Below are positions 9,469-18,857 of a stretch of 64,000 bases of DNA, piece by piece. The translations under genes were made by a program, and so were the position numbers. The DNA comes from Deferribacterales bacterium (GTDB taxonomy: Bacteria > Chrysiogenota > Deferribacteres > Deferribacterales > Geovibrionaceae): the NCBI GenBank assembly GCA_050251945.1, contig JBFWLW010000002.1, positions 256,001 to 320,000 on the forward strand. Reading direction: 5' to 3'. Each line of letters starts with the position of its first letter. Position 1 is the stretch's first letter. Below the pieces are notes generated by a model. It was given only the letters and a program-made list of their open reading frames with translations. It had not been told where the DNA came from and ran no database searches.

Positions 9469-10928
9469 AGATACAGTCCCTTTCCTGTCATCGCCCCGTA
9501 AAGATGCACATACGCATCAGCCGATTTTTTCCATCCGAAATCCTGTTTCATAGCCCTTTTGCGCATGGATTCTATGTGCAGCGGGCGGTCGTAATATGTG
9601 CTGACTGCCCATCCTATCGTATCAAAAAGTGCGTCTGCGCTGATAGCCCAGAATTTAAATCCGGTTCCGCCGCCCGTCGATTCTTCATAGTTTTCCACTG
9701 TGTCGTCAAGACCGCCTGTGGCGCGGACAACAGGAAGCGTGCCGTATGCCAGACTGTACATCTGGTTAAGCCCGCAGGGTTCATAGAGCGACGGCATGAC
9801 GAAAAAGTCACATCCGGCTTCCACAAGATGCGCAAGCTCTTCGCTGTATCCGATATAAGACCCTATCTCTCCGGGATATCTGGCAGGCAGACCGCTGAAA
9901 AATTCCTCGTAATTCTGTTCGCCTGAACCGACGACAACAAACTGACAAACCATCTCGTTCATAGCCCGTACACAGGCGTCTTTCAGCAGGTAAAGCCCCT
10001 TCTGGTCAACAAAACGCCCAACAAACCCGAAAAGCGCAACTCCGGCATCCTGTTTCAGCCCGAAACGCTTCTGGAGTTCCAGCTTATTCTTTGTTTTCGT
10101 TTTAAGCGTCTTCGCATCGTAAGGATACGGAATATACGTATCTTTTTTGGGGTTCCATACGTTCGTGTCTATGCCGTTCAGTATACCGACGAGATCGCTC
10201 CCGCGGGCGTTCAGCAGTTCATGCAGACCCGAAGAGCCGATCGGTCCGCGTATTTCTGCCGCATAGGTGGGACTTACTGTGGTTATCTTATCGGCAAAGG
10301 CAAGCCCGCCTTTCAGAAGGTTCACGCCGCCATAGTTTTCAAAAGCTCCCGCATGGAAATCTTCAGTTTCTATTCCGGCATACTCCATGAACTCACTGCC
10401 GAAGATACCCTGATATCCTATATTGTGAATGGTTATTATACTTTTTGTCCGGGCAAAGAAAGGGTCGCCCCACTTCTTTATATAATAAGGTATAAGAGCC
10501 GTCTGCCAGTCGTTCACATGGGCTACGTCCGGTTTGAAATCGAGGTCTTTCGCCGCCTGCAATGCCGCGCGGCAGAGGAACGAAAAACGGAACGGGTTGT
10601 CGCCGTATTCACCGGCTTTCGTGTGGTATATTCCGGCTCTGTTAAAATATTTATCGAACTCTACAAAATAGAAATCAACGTTGTCGTATTTTGTGTGATA
10701 AAGCGCATAAAATTCCTCGCAGTTGCCCATATGCACACAGCATCCGGCGGCGGCGAGTTTTATGTCATATTTTTCCCTGTCCACAGACGAATAGAGGGGG
10801 GAAACCACTATGACGCTGTTATCATGTGATAAAGCGGCGGGAAGAGATCCGGCGACGTCACCGAGTCCGCCTGTTTTTGAAAAGGGGGCAACTTCGCTGG
10901 ATACGAATAATATGTTAAAACCTGACAT
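9465..10928 (-). CDS. glgA: Glycogen synthase
   Basis: KTGGLGDV, HVNDWQT, TIHNIGYQG and EPCGLNQMY motifs. Confidence 0.96.
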   Translation of the reverse strand: MSGFNILFVSSEVAPFSKTGGLGDVAGSLPAALSHDNSVIVVSPLYSSVDREKYDIKLAAAGCCVHMGNCEEFYALYHTKYDNVDFYFVEFDKYFNRAGIYHTKAGEYGDNPFRFSFLCRAALQAAKDLDFKPDVAHVNDWQTALIPYYIKKWGDPFFARTKSIITIHNIGYQGIFGSEFMEYAGIETEDFHAGAFENYGGVNLLKGGLAFADKITTVSPTYAAEIRGPIGSSGLHELLNARGSDLVGILNGIDTNVWNPKKDTYIPYPYDAKTLKTKTKNKLELQKRFGLKQDAGVALFGFVGRFVDQKGLYLLKDACVRAMNEMVCQFVVVGSGEQNYEEFFSGLPARYPGEIGSYIGYSEELAHLVEAGCDFFVMPSLYEPCGLNQMYSLAYGTLPVVRATGGLDDTVENYEESTGGGTGFKFWAISADALFDTIGWAVSTYYDRPLHIESMRKRAMKQDFGWKKSADAYVHLYGAMTGKGLYL

Positions 10929-10946
10929 AGATATACCTCATGCCTG

Positions 10947-10975
10947 ATTTTACATCGTATGAGCGGGTGTGTCCA
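10947..10975 (-). promoter_or_regulatory. Putative sigma70 promoter of glgA
   Basis: TGGACA-17 nt-TAAAAT on the minus strand, 18 nt before the ATG. Confidence 0.5.
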
Positions 10976-10987
10976 ATGATTAAATGA

Positions 10988-11530
10988 TTACAGGACGAAT
11001 CTGACCCCTATGATCCCAAGAATGAATGCGCCGAAATATTCAGCGTAATGTCCGATGTAACCGCGGCTGCGTTTGCCTATGAAAACGCCCAGAAAGCTCA
11101 TCAGCATGCACACAACGCCTATAACGCAGGACGCGGCAATTATTCCGCCGTCCCAGAGAGCAAGCGATATGCCCGCGCCAAGAGCATCCATACTGGTCGC
11201 CAGCGACAGCATCAGAAGAGCAAATCCGACAGTAGGGTCGCTCATATAAACCTTACAAGCCTTGTTCTTATATGCTTCTCGAGCCATATGAAATGCCACA
11301 TAGAAAAGAAACGCGGCCGCCAGATATTTTATGTTACCCGTGTATTTCATGAGTATGCGTCCGGCATACGCGCCAAGAACAGGCATGAGAAACTGAAAAA
11401 AACCGAAAGCGGCGCCTAGACGAATATAGTTTGATGGCTTATTATATTTCATTCCAACGCATATACAGACGCAGAAAGCGTCGATGCTCATCGCAAGAGC
11501 TATGCCGAAAATATCTAAAAAGGTTATCAT
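10988..11530 (-). CDS. mntP: Manganese efflux pump MntP family
   Basis: ALAMSIDAF, FGFFQFLMP and LATSMDAL motifs. Confidence 0.88.
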   Translation of the reverse strand: MITFLDIFGIALAMSIDAFCVCICVGMKYNKPSNYIRLGAAFGFFQFLMPVLGAYAGRILMKYTGNIKYLAAAFLFYVAFHMAREAYKNKACKVYMSDPTVGFALLMLSLATSMDALGAGISLALWDGGIIAASCVIGVVCMLMSFLGVFIGKRSRGYIGHYAEYFGAFILGIIGVRFVL

Positions 11531-11623
11531 TCTGCACCGTGTGATTTATACTGAACTGAATCATATAGAGAGCCGATCAAAAAAACAAGTCTGTATCCGT
11601 ATAAAAAATACTCTTAAATAATA

Positions 11624-12268
11624 TCAGGACAGACCGTCCGGTGTAAGGTATTTTATCTGCGCACCCATTTTGTTGACAAAGTCCAGATCGTGCGAAACTA
11701 TCAGCATACTTTTATCTATGGATGAAAGTATTTGCGCAAGCTGGTTCACTGATTTTTCGTCAAGTCCCGCCGAAGGCTCGTCCAGAAGCAGGATATCAGG
11801 TTTCATCACCAGCACGGAAGCCAGAGTGACAAGCTTCTTCTCACCGCCTGAGAGGTGCAGCGTTATTCTGTCGCGAAGATGCGGGATACCGAGTTCCGCA
11901 AGAATTGCATCCGCCTGTGCCTGTGCCTCTGACGGTTTCATCCGGCTGTTAAGAAGCCCGAACGCCACCTCTTCAATGACTGTCGGCGCTATTATCTGAT
12001 CGTCGCTGTCCTGAAAAACAAAGCCTATATGCCCGCGCGCCATCTTAAAATCATCTTCCGTGACAAGTTCGTGGTGGAATATTTCTATTGTGCCGGACTG
12101 AACGCGGCAAAGACCGACGATAGCCTTAAGCAGGGTGGTCTTGCCCGCGCCGTTTGGTCCCATAACAGCTATCTTGTCCTTATGACCGACACTCAGCGTA
12201 ACGTTTTTAAAAAGCGTATCGCCGTTTCTTGACAGCGAAAGGTCTTTCAGAGTGATGGAACAGCTCAC
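11624..12268 (-). CDS. cbiO: ECF transporter ATPase (CbiO/NikO)
   Basis: GPNGAGKT, VFQDSDDQ, LSGGEKK and LLDEP motifs. Confidence 0.9.
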   Translation of the reverse strand: MSCSITLKDLSLSRNGDTLFKNVTLSVGHKDKIAVMGPNGAGKTTLLKAIVGLCRVQSGTIEIFHHELVTEDDFKMARGHIGFVFQDSDDQIIAPTVIEEVAFGLLNSRMKPSEAQAQADAILAELGIPHLRDRITLHLSGGEKKLVTLASVLVMKPDILLLDEPSAGLDEKSVNQLAQILSSIDKSMLIVSHDLDFVNKMGAQIKYLTPDGLS

Positions 12269-12921
12269 GCAAGCCCCCCGTATATAAGAATGAACTGGAA
12301 CACAAGAAGTGCCGCCGCAACAACATCCGCAGGAAAGAACGGGCGGAAGTTGAAAGGATACAGTTTACCGGAAAAACCGCGCATCTTCATCGCCTGCGTG
12401 AGCGCCTGTGCCCTGTCCATACTGCGCACAAGGAGCATGCCAAGCAGATACGCAAGAGTTTTGTAGGTAAAAGCGTCAGTTTTCGGACGGAAATTCCTGA
12501 CCTTAAGCGAATTTCGCATCTTCTCGTATTCGTTTCCGATTATTTCAATATATTTTACCGCAAAAAACAGCAGAACCGTAAATTTATGCGGCAGTCTGAG
12601 CGTATAAAAACCGTAATAAAAATCAGTTGAGTTCATCCCGCAGAACATCGCAGCCGTCGCGCATACTATCAGGTTATAACGCAGGAAGATAAGAAACGCG
12701 TGCTGAGCATCGTCCCCGAAAAGATATACCGTCGCGCAAATGAATAAGATCATAAGGTTAAGCTTTAATATGCGGAAAAAATACTGCGGCAGGAAGTTGA
12801 TCCGAAGAAGCATTATCCCCGCTGCGAATATCGAATCCGCCGGAGTTATCTGCTGCTGAAAAGCTATCATGCATGAATAAACCGCCGCGCAGAATATGCC
12901 GGCTGCCGGAGAAAATCTCAT
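12265..12921 (-). CDS. cbiQ: ECF transporter T component (CbiQ/NikQ)
   Basis: Hydrophobic; LKVR.F and AMKMRGF motifs; operon context. Confidence 0.88.
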   Translation of the reverse strand: MRFSPAAGIFCAAVYSCMIAFQQQITPADSIFAAGIMLLRINFLPQYFFRILKLNLMILFICATVYLFGDDAQHAFLIFLRYNLIVCATAAMFCGMNSTDFYYGFYTLRLPHKFTVLLFFAVKYIEIIGNEYEKMRNSLKVRNFRPKTDAFTYKTLAYLLGMLLVRSMDRAQALTQAMKMRGFSGKLYPFNFRPFFPADVVAAALLVFQFILIYGGLA

Positions 12922-13433
12922 TTTTTCTTAACTATCATAGCTATTCCGAAAATACCAAGAATATAGCCTATCCCTGCTATTATCATATCGAGATGGCTTC
13001 TGCCCTTGTCAATCTCCGCCTTAAGCTCCGCAGTCTGTTTTGAAAGCTCCTCTCTGATAAGCTGCCTTATCTGTGTGGTATCAACAGACGTTGACGGGGC
13101 GGGTTCTTCGTATGCCATGTTTGTTTCGGCAGAAGATGTTATGCTCTGTTCCGCCCTGTGTCCCATGCCGCCATCGACAATAATTTTCATTTCAGTCGGC
13201 ATTTCACCGTTTTTGGAAAATTCGCCGTTGTTGTCAAGTTTGCCCCCGGCAAATACTTTTCCATCGGCATCAAGCACCTGAAAAGCGCATTCGCGGCAGG
13301 GTGTCCCATCCGCAAAATATGAATTTACAGTGAGAACGTTATTCTCTGCAAAAGCGAGAATATTCAGTTTATGCGCAGACGCTGTTGAAAAAGAAAACAG
13401 TGTCAGCACGGCAATAAAAAGTTTAGTTTTCAT
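12918..13433 (-). CDS. Accessory component of the Ni/Co ECF transporter (CbiL/NikL-like)
   Basis: Signal peptide ending AH; YFADG and GMGH; C-terminal TM GIGYILGIFG; lies between cbiM and cbiQ. Confidence 0.7.
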   Translation of the reverse strand: MKTKLFIAVLTLFSFSTASAHKLNILAFAENNVLTVNSYFADGTPCRECAFQVLDADGKVFAGGKLDNNGEFSKNGEMPTEMKIIVDGGMGHRAEQSITSSAETNMAYEEPAPSTSVDTTQIRQLIREELSKQTAELKAEIDKGRSHLDMIIAGIGYILGIFGIAMIVKKK

Positions 13434-14031
13434 ATTCGGTTCTCAGAAAGTCCGGATAGACCTTATTTAAAAAATTAAAAAGATACATCGAAACTATCCC
13501 CTCAATGATTATAACAGGGATATGCATCAGAAATATCGCCTTTGCGGTATCATACAGCCTGCTGCCGCTTAATGCAAGCACTGCCGAAAGCAGAACGGCG
13601 GACAACAGCACAGGCATGGAACCTGTCAGAAAGAACAGTATCCATCTTTTCGTTCCCGCTGTCTTCATGCCCAGACGGAACAGGTAATAACCCGCAATGG
13701 CAGGAAGCGCCATGACAAGGATGTTCGTGCCGAGGGTCGTAAACCCGCCGAACTGGAACATAAGCGCCTGTAAAACCAGCGCAACCATTATCGCCGGAAA
13801 GGCACATACGCCAAGCACCGCCCCCACAAGCCCGTTCAGCACAAGATGAACGCTGGTGGGTCCCACCGGAATATGTATGAACGAACCTACAAAGAACAGA
13901 CTGGACATGAGAGCTGTTTTTGCCAGCATCTCCGTCTTCATTTTATAAAACCCGAAAACTGTAAGTGCGGCTCCCGCCGCCCCCGTTGAAATCAGAACAG
14001 GGGCGGACAGTACGCCTTCGGATATATGCAT
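13423..14031 (-). CDS. cbiM: ECF Ni/Co substrate component CbiM/NikM
   Basis: N-terminal MHISEG; HIPVGPTSVHL and FGG.TTLG.N motifs. Confidence 0.93.
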   Translation of the reverse strand: MHISEGVLSAPVLISTGAAGAALTVFGFYKMKTEMLAKTALMSSLFFVGSFIHIPVGPTSVHLVLNGLVGAVLGVCAFPAIMVALVLQALMFQFGGFTTLGTNILVMALPAIAGYYLFRLGMKTAGTKRWILFFLTGSMPVLLSAVLLSAVLALSGSRLYDTAKAIFLMHIPVIIIEGIVSMYLFNFLNKVYPDFLRTEYEN

Positions 14032-14787
14032 CTATTTGTCACCGTAAGTTTTTACCCATATCAGAGCACCAAGTTCGACAGGATACTGTTTGCCGGCTTT
14101 TTTAATCTTAACGTCATCCTCGATAAGCGCCGCAAACCCCCACCATCCGGCAAAAGGCATCGCATAGGTGAAAACACCGTTGCTGTCGGCTTTCACAACC
14201 TGAGTTATGTGCGCATCTGTGGGCGCTTTCATTTTAGCCCCTGCGTTGTAAAATTCAACCTCAACTTCTGCACCGGACACAGGTTTTCCCTTATAAAGAA
14301 CCTTTCCGGTGAAAACGTTGCCTTTATAAAGCCCGTAAGGACGCGTCAGCGGGACTATCTCCGCTTTAAGCCCGACAGGTGTGTCCCAGCCCTCTTCCAT
14401 ACCAAAGCCGTTAACCACGGTTTTGGTTATGTGCTGGATAAAAGTCGCCTCGGCAGGTTCAAAATAATAATCCGGTGTTACGACAAAAATGTGGTCACCG
14501 GGCTTTTTCATCTGATAGGTGAAATTCCATGCGGTCTTACCGCTCGCTTTAATCTGTTTGATGGCGCCCATCAGGTTCTCTTTTTTACCGTCATGGTAAA
14601 CGTCGACAGCTTTAGGCTTCACCATCTCCATCACAGGTCCCTGCTCAAAAGGGTGTGTGAAGAGCATTTCAAATTTGATGTTGCGGTTTTTCTGCGTTGC
14701 CACGTCTGTATTGGGCATCAGCACCTGAAAGTGCGCGTTGGCATAAAAAGCCGTCAGCAAAAGCATGAAAGTGAGTAACTTTTTCAT
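14032..14787 (-). CDS. DUF4198 periplasmic metal (Ni/Co) uptake protein
   Basis: Signal peptide then AHFQ; FTHPF, EIVPLTRPYGL and GWWGFAAL; start at ATG 14787 behind GGAGG. Confidence 0.85.
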   Translation of the reverse strand: MKKLLTFMLLLTAFYANAHFQVLMPNTDVATQKNRNIKFEMLFTHPFEQGPVMEMVKPKAVDVYHDGKKENLMGAIKQIKASGKTAWNFTYQMKKPGDHIFVVTPDYYFEPAEATFIQHITKTVVNGFGMEEGWDTPVGLKAEIVPLTRPYGLYKGNVFTGKVLYKGKPVSGAEVEVEFYNAGAKMKAPTDAHITQVVKADSNGVFTYAMPFAGWWGFAALIEDDVKIKKAGKQYPVELGALIWVKTYGDK

Positions 14788-14937
14788 ATGACCTCCCGAA
14801 TTTAATGAAACGATTTTAAATATTAGCACAACACAAGTAATAATAAAATAAAAAAAGTATGAGCTGAATATATTCTGAACTAAAAATCGTGTCAGGCATC
14901 TGATATTTAAAATTAAATTTCTTAAGAAGGTGTTAAC

Positions 14938-15297
14938 ATGAACATGCGAATAATCATTCTGGGAGGGTTGGCTATACTCTCCATATTCAACTTTGCCTTC
15001 GCGCAATATATAGGTCCCAACGCAACAAAAACCTACTCCACAGTGGAGGAAGTGAACAAAAAACCTGTTGACGGCGCGGAAGTTACTTTTAAGGGGTATC
15101 TCCTTAGAAAAGTCGGAAACGAGAAATATATCTTCTCCGACGGCATCGGCGAGATACGGGTGGAAATTGACAACGAAATCTTTCCCAACGTTGCCGTGGG
15201 AGCGAAAACAAAGGTCGAAATAAAAGGTGAGGTTGAAAAAGATTTCCTCGAATCACCGGAAATAGACGTTGATATAATTCAGGTCATGGAAAAATAA
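14938..15297 (+). CDS. YgiW/YdeI-like OB-fold (BOF) periplasmic stress protein
   Basis: Signal peptide; V.F.G....KY.FSDG.GEI.VEID and V.I.GEVEKD motifs. Confidence 0.85.
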   Translation: MNMRIIILGGLAILSIFNFAFAQYIGPNATKTYSTVEEVNKKPVDGAEVTFKGYLLRKVGNEKYIFSDGIGEIRVEIDNEIFPNVAVGAKTKVEIKGEVEKDFLESPEIDVDIIQVMEK

Positions 15298-15319
15298 AAG
15301 GGAGCCTTAAGCTCCCTCA

Positions 15320-15457
15320 GGTTGTTGGCAAACTTGTTAAAAGTTAATGAGATTGCCACGTCAGCCTACAACTTCCTCGCAATGACAGCAATTTACGTCT
15401 TCGCGAGGTGCGTATGCGACGACGCGATCTAGCATTTTACTGACTTTGTCATCAGTC
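15320..15457. mobile_element. MITE-like insertion carrying an inverted pair of REP-like palindromes, flanked by duplicated terminator hairpins
   Basis: Imperfect terminal IRs (GGTTGTTGGCAAACT versus reverse complement GACTGATGACAAAGT, 10/15). Internal units at 15349-15386 and 15397-15430. Flanking GGAGCCT(T/C)AAGCTCC at 15301-15315 and 15462-15476. Confidence 0.55.
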
Positions 15458-15481
15458 ACATGGAGCCTCAAGCTCCATGTA

Positions 15482-16372
15482 TCATTTATTAAAAAGAGAA
15501 AAATAATCCACTCTTTCAAATACTTCCAACTTGCCGCCTGCGGTGGCGTTGCGTATCTTTCCGCCTGAACGTTCAAAGAATTTACCCGCCTTGGCGTATC
15601 CTTGTTCCATCCTGTCCACCATAGGGTCGTGCCAGCGCTTGCCCTTTCCGAAATAATCGGGATGGAAATGGTTGGGGTCGTCGCCTGTGGAGGTTATCTT
15701 AAGTCCCTCGACCTCCGCTTCCTGCGGAATTATGTAATGGTGGTCAAAACCTATAAGATAAAGCTCGCGGATGCCGAAGAAATATGCAAGCTGCATGCAG
15801 ACATATGTCACAGATCCGCCTGTGAACACCTGACGTGCGGCGTTAGTCGAAAAATAAGGAAAATCGGGATAGTTGTCATATCGCATACGAACGTTCAGCC
15901 AGTTTGTGCAATCATCCGGTTTAAGACAGTAGCGCAGGTAGTTTCCGAACCATTTCTGGGTTCCTTTCAGCCTGTTTATCTCGTCTGCTCTGTCCTCCGC
16001 AACAAAGTTATCCTCGACAACGTAGTGCGTGGGCAAAAATCCCATCTTTTCATAGTTCAGATATATGCTGTTAACGCCTATAGTTATCTCATCTTTCAGA
16101 AGAGTGAGATCAAGCTTATTGAGACTGGGACCGTTGCCTATCAGAAACCCTCTTTTTCCCTTATGAGCATTATGATATTTCAGAATATTGCGGTGATTTT
16201 CAGTCAGCCCGATGCCGCGCCCCGCCATTTTATACCCGAAAGTCTCCACCACAAGCTCCATCGCGGACGAATCATATTTATCCTTGTATGGTCTGGTGTA
16301 GCCGTCTATAAGCTTTGAGCGTATCTTTCTGTATGCTCTGTAAGGCACCGAATTCTTAATGAGTTCTTTCAT
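15482..16372 (-). CDS. DUF115/Maf-like (GT42-like fold) putative glycosyltransferase
   Basis: IGNGPSL, GVNSIY, GGSV..QLA and ELYLIGFDH motifs. Confidence 0.72.
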   Translation of the reverse strand: MKELIKNSVPYRAYRKIRSKLIDGYTRPYKDKYDSSAMELVVETFGYKMAGRGIGLTENHRNILKYHNAHKGKRGFLIGNGPSLNKLDLTLLKDEITIGVNSIYLNYEKMGFLPTHYVVEDNFVAEDRADEINRLKGTQKWFGNYLRYCLKPDDCTNWLNVRMRYDNYPDFPYFSTNAARQVFTGGSVTYVCMQLAYFFGIRELYLIGFDHHYIIPQEAEVEGLKITSTGDDPNHFHPDYFGKGKRWHDPMVDRMEQGYAKAGKFFERSGGKIRNATAGGKLEVFERVDYFSLFNK

Positions 16373-17574
16373 CTGTCACCCTTAATTTTCTGATATATCC
16401 GTTCATAGTTAGCCGCCATAATATCTTCGCCGAAAAACTCTTCCACGAACGGGCGGCAGTTCTTTTTGATACTGTTTATCTTGTCTCTGTTTTCATACAG
16501 ATATTTTATTTTTTCTGAAAGCTGTTTAACGTCATACGGGTCGAAAAGCCAGCCGGTTTGCCCCTCTATAACCATTTCGGGAATGCCGCCTGTTGCGGAA
16601 CCCAGAACAGGAGTCGAACACGCAAGGCTCTCCAGCACGGTGTTGGGCAGGTTGTCCACTATCGACGGAATACAGAACACGTCCGCACAGCTGTAGTATC
16701 TGCTGATGGCGTCTGTGCCGGAAACAGATCCTTTTATGACAAGTCTGGGATCACGCTTGTCAGTCTTCGCCACACTGCCGATGACGACCACCTGCATATC
16801 AAGCTCCGGAACCATTTTGACCGCTTCTATAACCGCATCAATGTTCTTGCGCTTCCATGCGCCTGTTCCGGCAAGAAACAGCAGAGTAAACTTATCGGGG
16901 CTGATGCCGACGTATTCGCAGGCTTCAGCCTTTTCAATATTCCCTATGGACGAGAGCGGGATACCGTTATGCACCATCACAGCTTTCTTGCGTCCTTTAA
17001 GCACAGCGTCCGCAAGGTCTGTCAGCCACATGGACGGCGGGGTAAATGTTACGTTAGCCGCCTTATTACCTGCGATATCCTCAGGACGGTAAAGATGCCT
17101 GCGCCGGCTTTCTATCGGACAGTAGGTTATCTCCTCACCGTCCAGCGCTTTCATCTTATAGTTGTATCCGTACAGTGCGAACTGATCGTGCATTGTCCAC
17201 ACAACAGGGAATTCGCTTGCAAGTTTCGCTATCTGTTTCTGCGTGAAATAGCAGTTGTGCAGATGCACCACGTCAGGCTTGAACTGTCTGACACGGCTTA
17301 AAAAAACCGAAAATATCAGATTTCTGTACACCTCTGTGCGGGTGTACCTCGCCATTGTCCGGACAAGACTGTAGACAGCCTTTTTCGGCAGAGAATAGCT
17401 TCTGCCGAGATGCCAAGGGCGTATACCTGTATTTTTATATAAGGAGTAGTCGTTCTTCTGTTTTTCAAAAACGTACATGACCTCATGGGTCTTCGCCGCT
17501 GCAGCGGCAAGTCTGAATGCGGCGATGGAAGCACCGCAGCCGTAGTCATTCTCACTGTATAAAATGAGCCTCAA
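16369..17574 (-). CDS. Glycosyltransferase family 4
   Basis: DVVHLHN, WTMHD, PS.VDNLPNTVLESLAC and GGIPEM motifs. Confidence 0.9.
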   Translation of the reverse strand: MRLILYSENDYGCGASIAAFRLAAAAAKTHEVMYVFEKQKNDYSLYKNTGIRPWHLGRSYSLPKKAVYSLVRTMARYTRTEVYRNLIFSVFLSRVRQFKPDVVHLHNCYFTQKQIAKLASEFPVVWTMHDQFALYGYNYKMKALDGEEITYCPIESRRRHLYRPEDIAGNKAANVTFTPPSMWLTDLADAVLKGRKKAVMVHNGIPLSSIGNIEKAEACEYVGISPDKFTLLFLAGTGAWKRKNIDAVIEAVKMVPELDMQVVVIGSVAKTDKRDPRLVIKGSVSGTDAISRYYSCADVFCIPSIVDNLPNTVLESLACSTPVLGSATGGIPEMVIEGQTGWLFDPYDVKQLSEKIKYLYENRDKINSIKKNCRPFVEEFFGEDIMAANYERIYQKIKGDR

Positions 17575-18857
17575 CCAAAATACCTCTTGTAATATTTCCC
17601 GAACACTTCACGCAAATTGCGGTAAGTGCTAAGTTTGTCACGGACACTTGTATATGGCGTTTTGAAGTGTTCGTCAAGGGTATGCATAAGTTCTGCTGCA
17701 ACTTTCTTCTCCTGCTCGTGCCAGCGGCGGGCTGTATCACCCCGTTCCTTTTCCGCTTCGTTCCATCTTGCGAACTTTTCCGCCTCTTCTTTCTCATGGT
17801 CGTGCCAGCGGTGAAGGGTGGCAAGTTCGTCTTTCAGGTTGTTGCGTATGGTACTGAAATTTTCTATACCCTCTTTAAGAAACTCGCGGGAGAAGGTCAG
17901 TTTTTCCAGATATGCCATTATATCCGAATAATTTGCAGACGTATCAACAACTGCGGCGTTATCGCACGGTCTGAACACCGCCTCTGCCTTTTCGTTGGCT
18001 GCCAGTGTTTCAAATCCGCCCTCCGCAAGGATCGCAGTGAGCGACACTCTGTTGAAGTTGTACATGTGCGCATGGATAACATATTCAAGAAAGTCAAAAT
18101 TGTAAGTGGCAATATTGCCTATATTGCAAAGCCCCGGAACCTCTATATAAAGAAGTCCTTCCGGCTTAATCAGTTTTTTAATTTTAGACATCTCTGCCTT
18201 AAGGTCGGTGAAATGCTCAAAAACGTGACTCAGTATGAGTACGTCATATGTTCCGCCCTTCGCGATCATCGTGTCCAGATCGCCGTATACGATGTTTACG
18301 CCAGCCTGCCGGCACTCCTCAATACAGTCGTAGCTGTATTCCGTGCCTTCGGCGCTGACAGCAACTTCCTCTTTTGCCGCCTCCGCTGTAAACTCTTTGA
18401 GAACGTTGCCTGTTCCGGCGCCTATCTCCAGAAGAGAAAGTTCTTTCTTATCCGGCAGATAAGGTTTCAGCATACGGTATATCTTGTTTCCCTGCCACAG
18501 ACGGAAAAGCGCCTGCTGGTCGTGAACGTGCAGATGTCCGTAGTTCAGGACATGGTAAAATCTGTCGTAATATTCGGGAAGAGATGACGGCGCTATGCGT
18601 GGCGAAGTTATCACCAGCCCGCATTTTTTGCAGATAAGAGAACTGAAAGGCAGCCCGAAACGGTCAATATCGGCTATTTTTTCAAGCTCTTCGCTGCCGC
18701 ACTGACAGGAAGTGACCTCTTCGGTTTTTATTTTACCGTTTTTTATGTATTCCAGAAAAAGAAGACGCTGCTGTTCGGCGTTTTCGTTCAGCTTTCTGGG
18801 TATTCGGTCTTTTTCAAAAAGGATATTGCGGAACTGAGGAAAATTGATGTCACTCAT
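17571..18857 (-). CDS. Class I SAM methyltransferase with N-terminal Zn-ribbon and C-terminal coiled coil
   Basis: CQCG...CKKCG; LEIGAGTG; HVFEH; GLLYIEVP; three 14-aa RW repeats near the C-terminus. Confidence 0.85.
   Translation of the reverse strand: MSDINFPQFRNILFEKDRIPRKLNENAEQQRLLFLEYIKNGKIKTEEVTSCQCGSEELEKIADIDRFGLPFSSLICKKCGLVITSPRIAPSSLPEYYDRFYHVLNYGHLHVHDQQALFRLWQGNKIYRMLKPYLPDKKELSLLEIGAGTGNVLKEFTAEAAKEEVAVSAEGTEYSYDCIEECRQAGVNIVYGDLDTMIAKGGTYDVLILSHVFEHFTDLKAEMSKIKKLIKPEGLLYIEVPGLCNIGNIATYNFDFLEYVIHAHMYNFNRVSLTAILAEGGFETLAANEKAEAVFRPCDNAAVVDTSANYSDIMAYLEKLTFSREFLKEGIENFSTIRNNLKDELATLHRWHDHEKEEAEKFARWNEAEKERGDTARRWHEQEKKVAAELMHTLDEHFKTPYTSVRDKLSTYRNLREVFGKYYKRYFG

Noticed and set aside
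11531..11623. yybP-ykoY Mn riboswitch before mntP
   Set aside because: The spacer is only 93 nt and AT-rich, with no recognisable aptamer
14788..14937. Cobalamin riboswitch or NikR operator before the ECF operon
   Set aside because: Too short and AT-rich for a B12 element; a GTATGA half-site has no properly spaced partner
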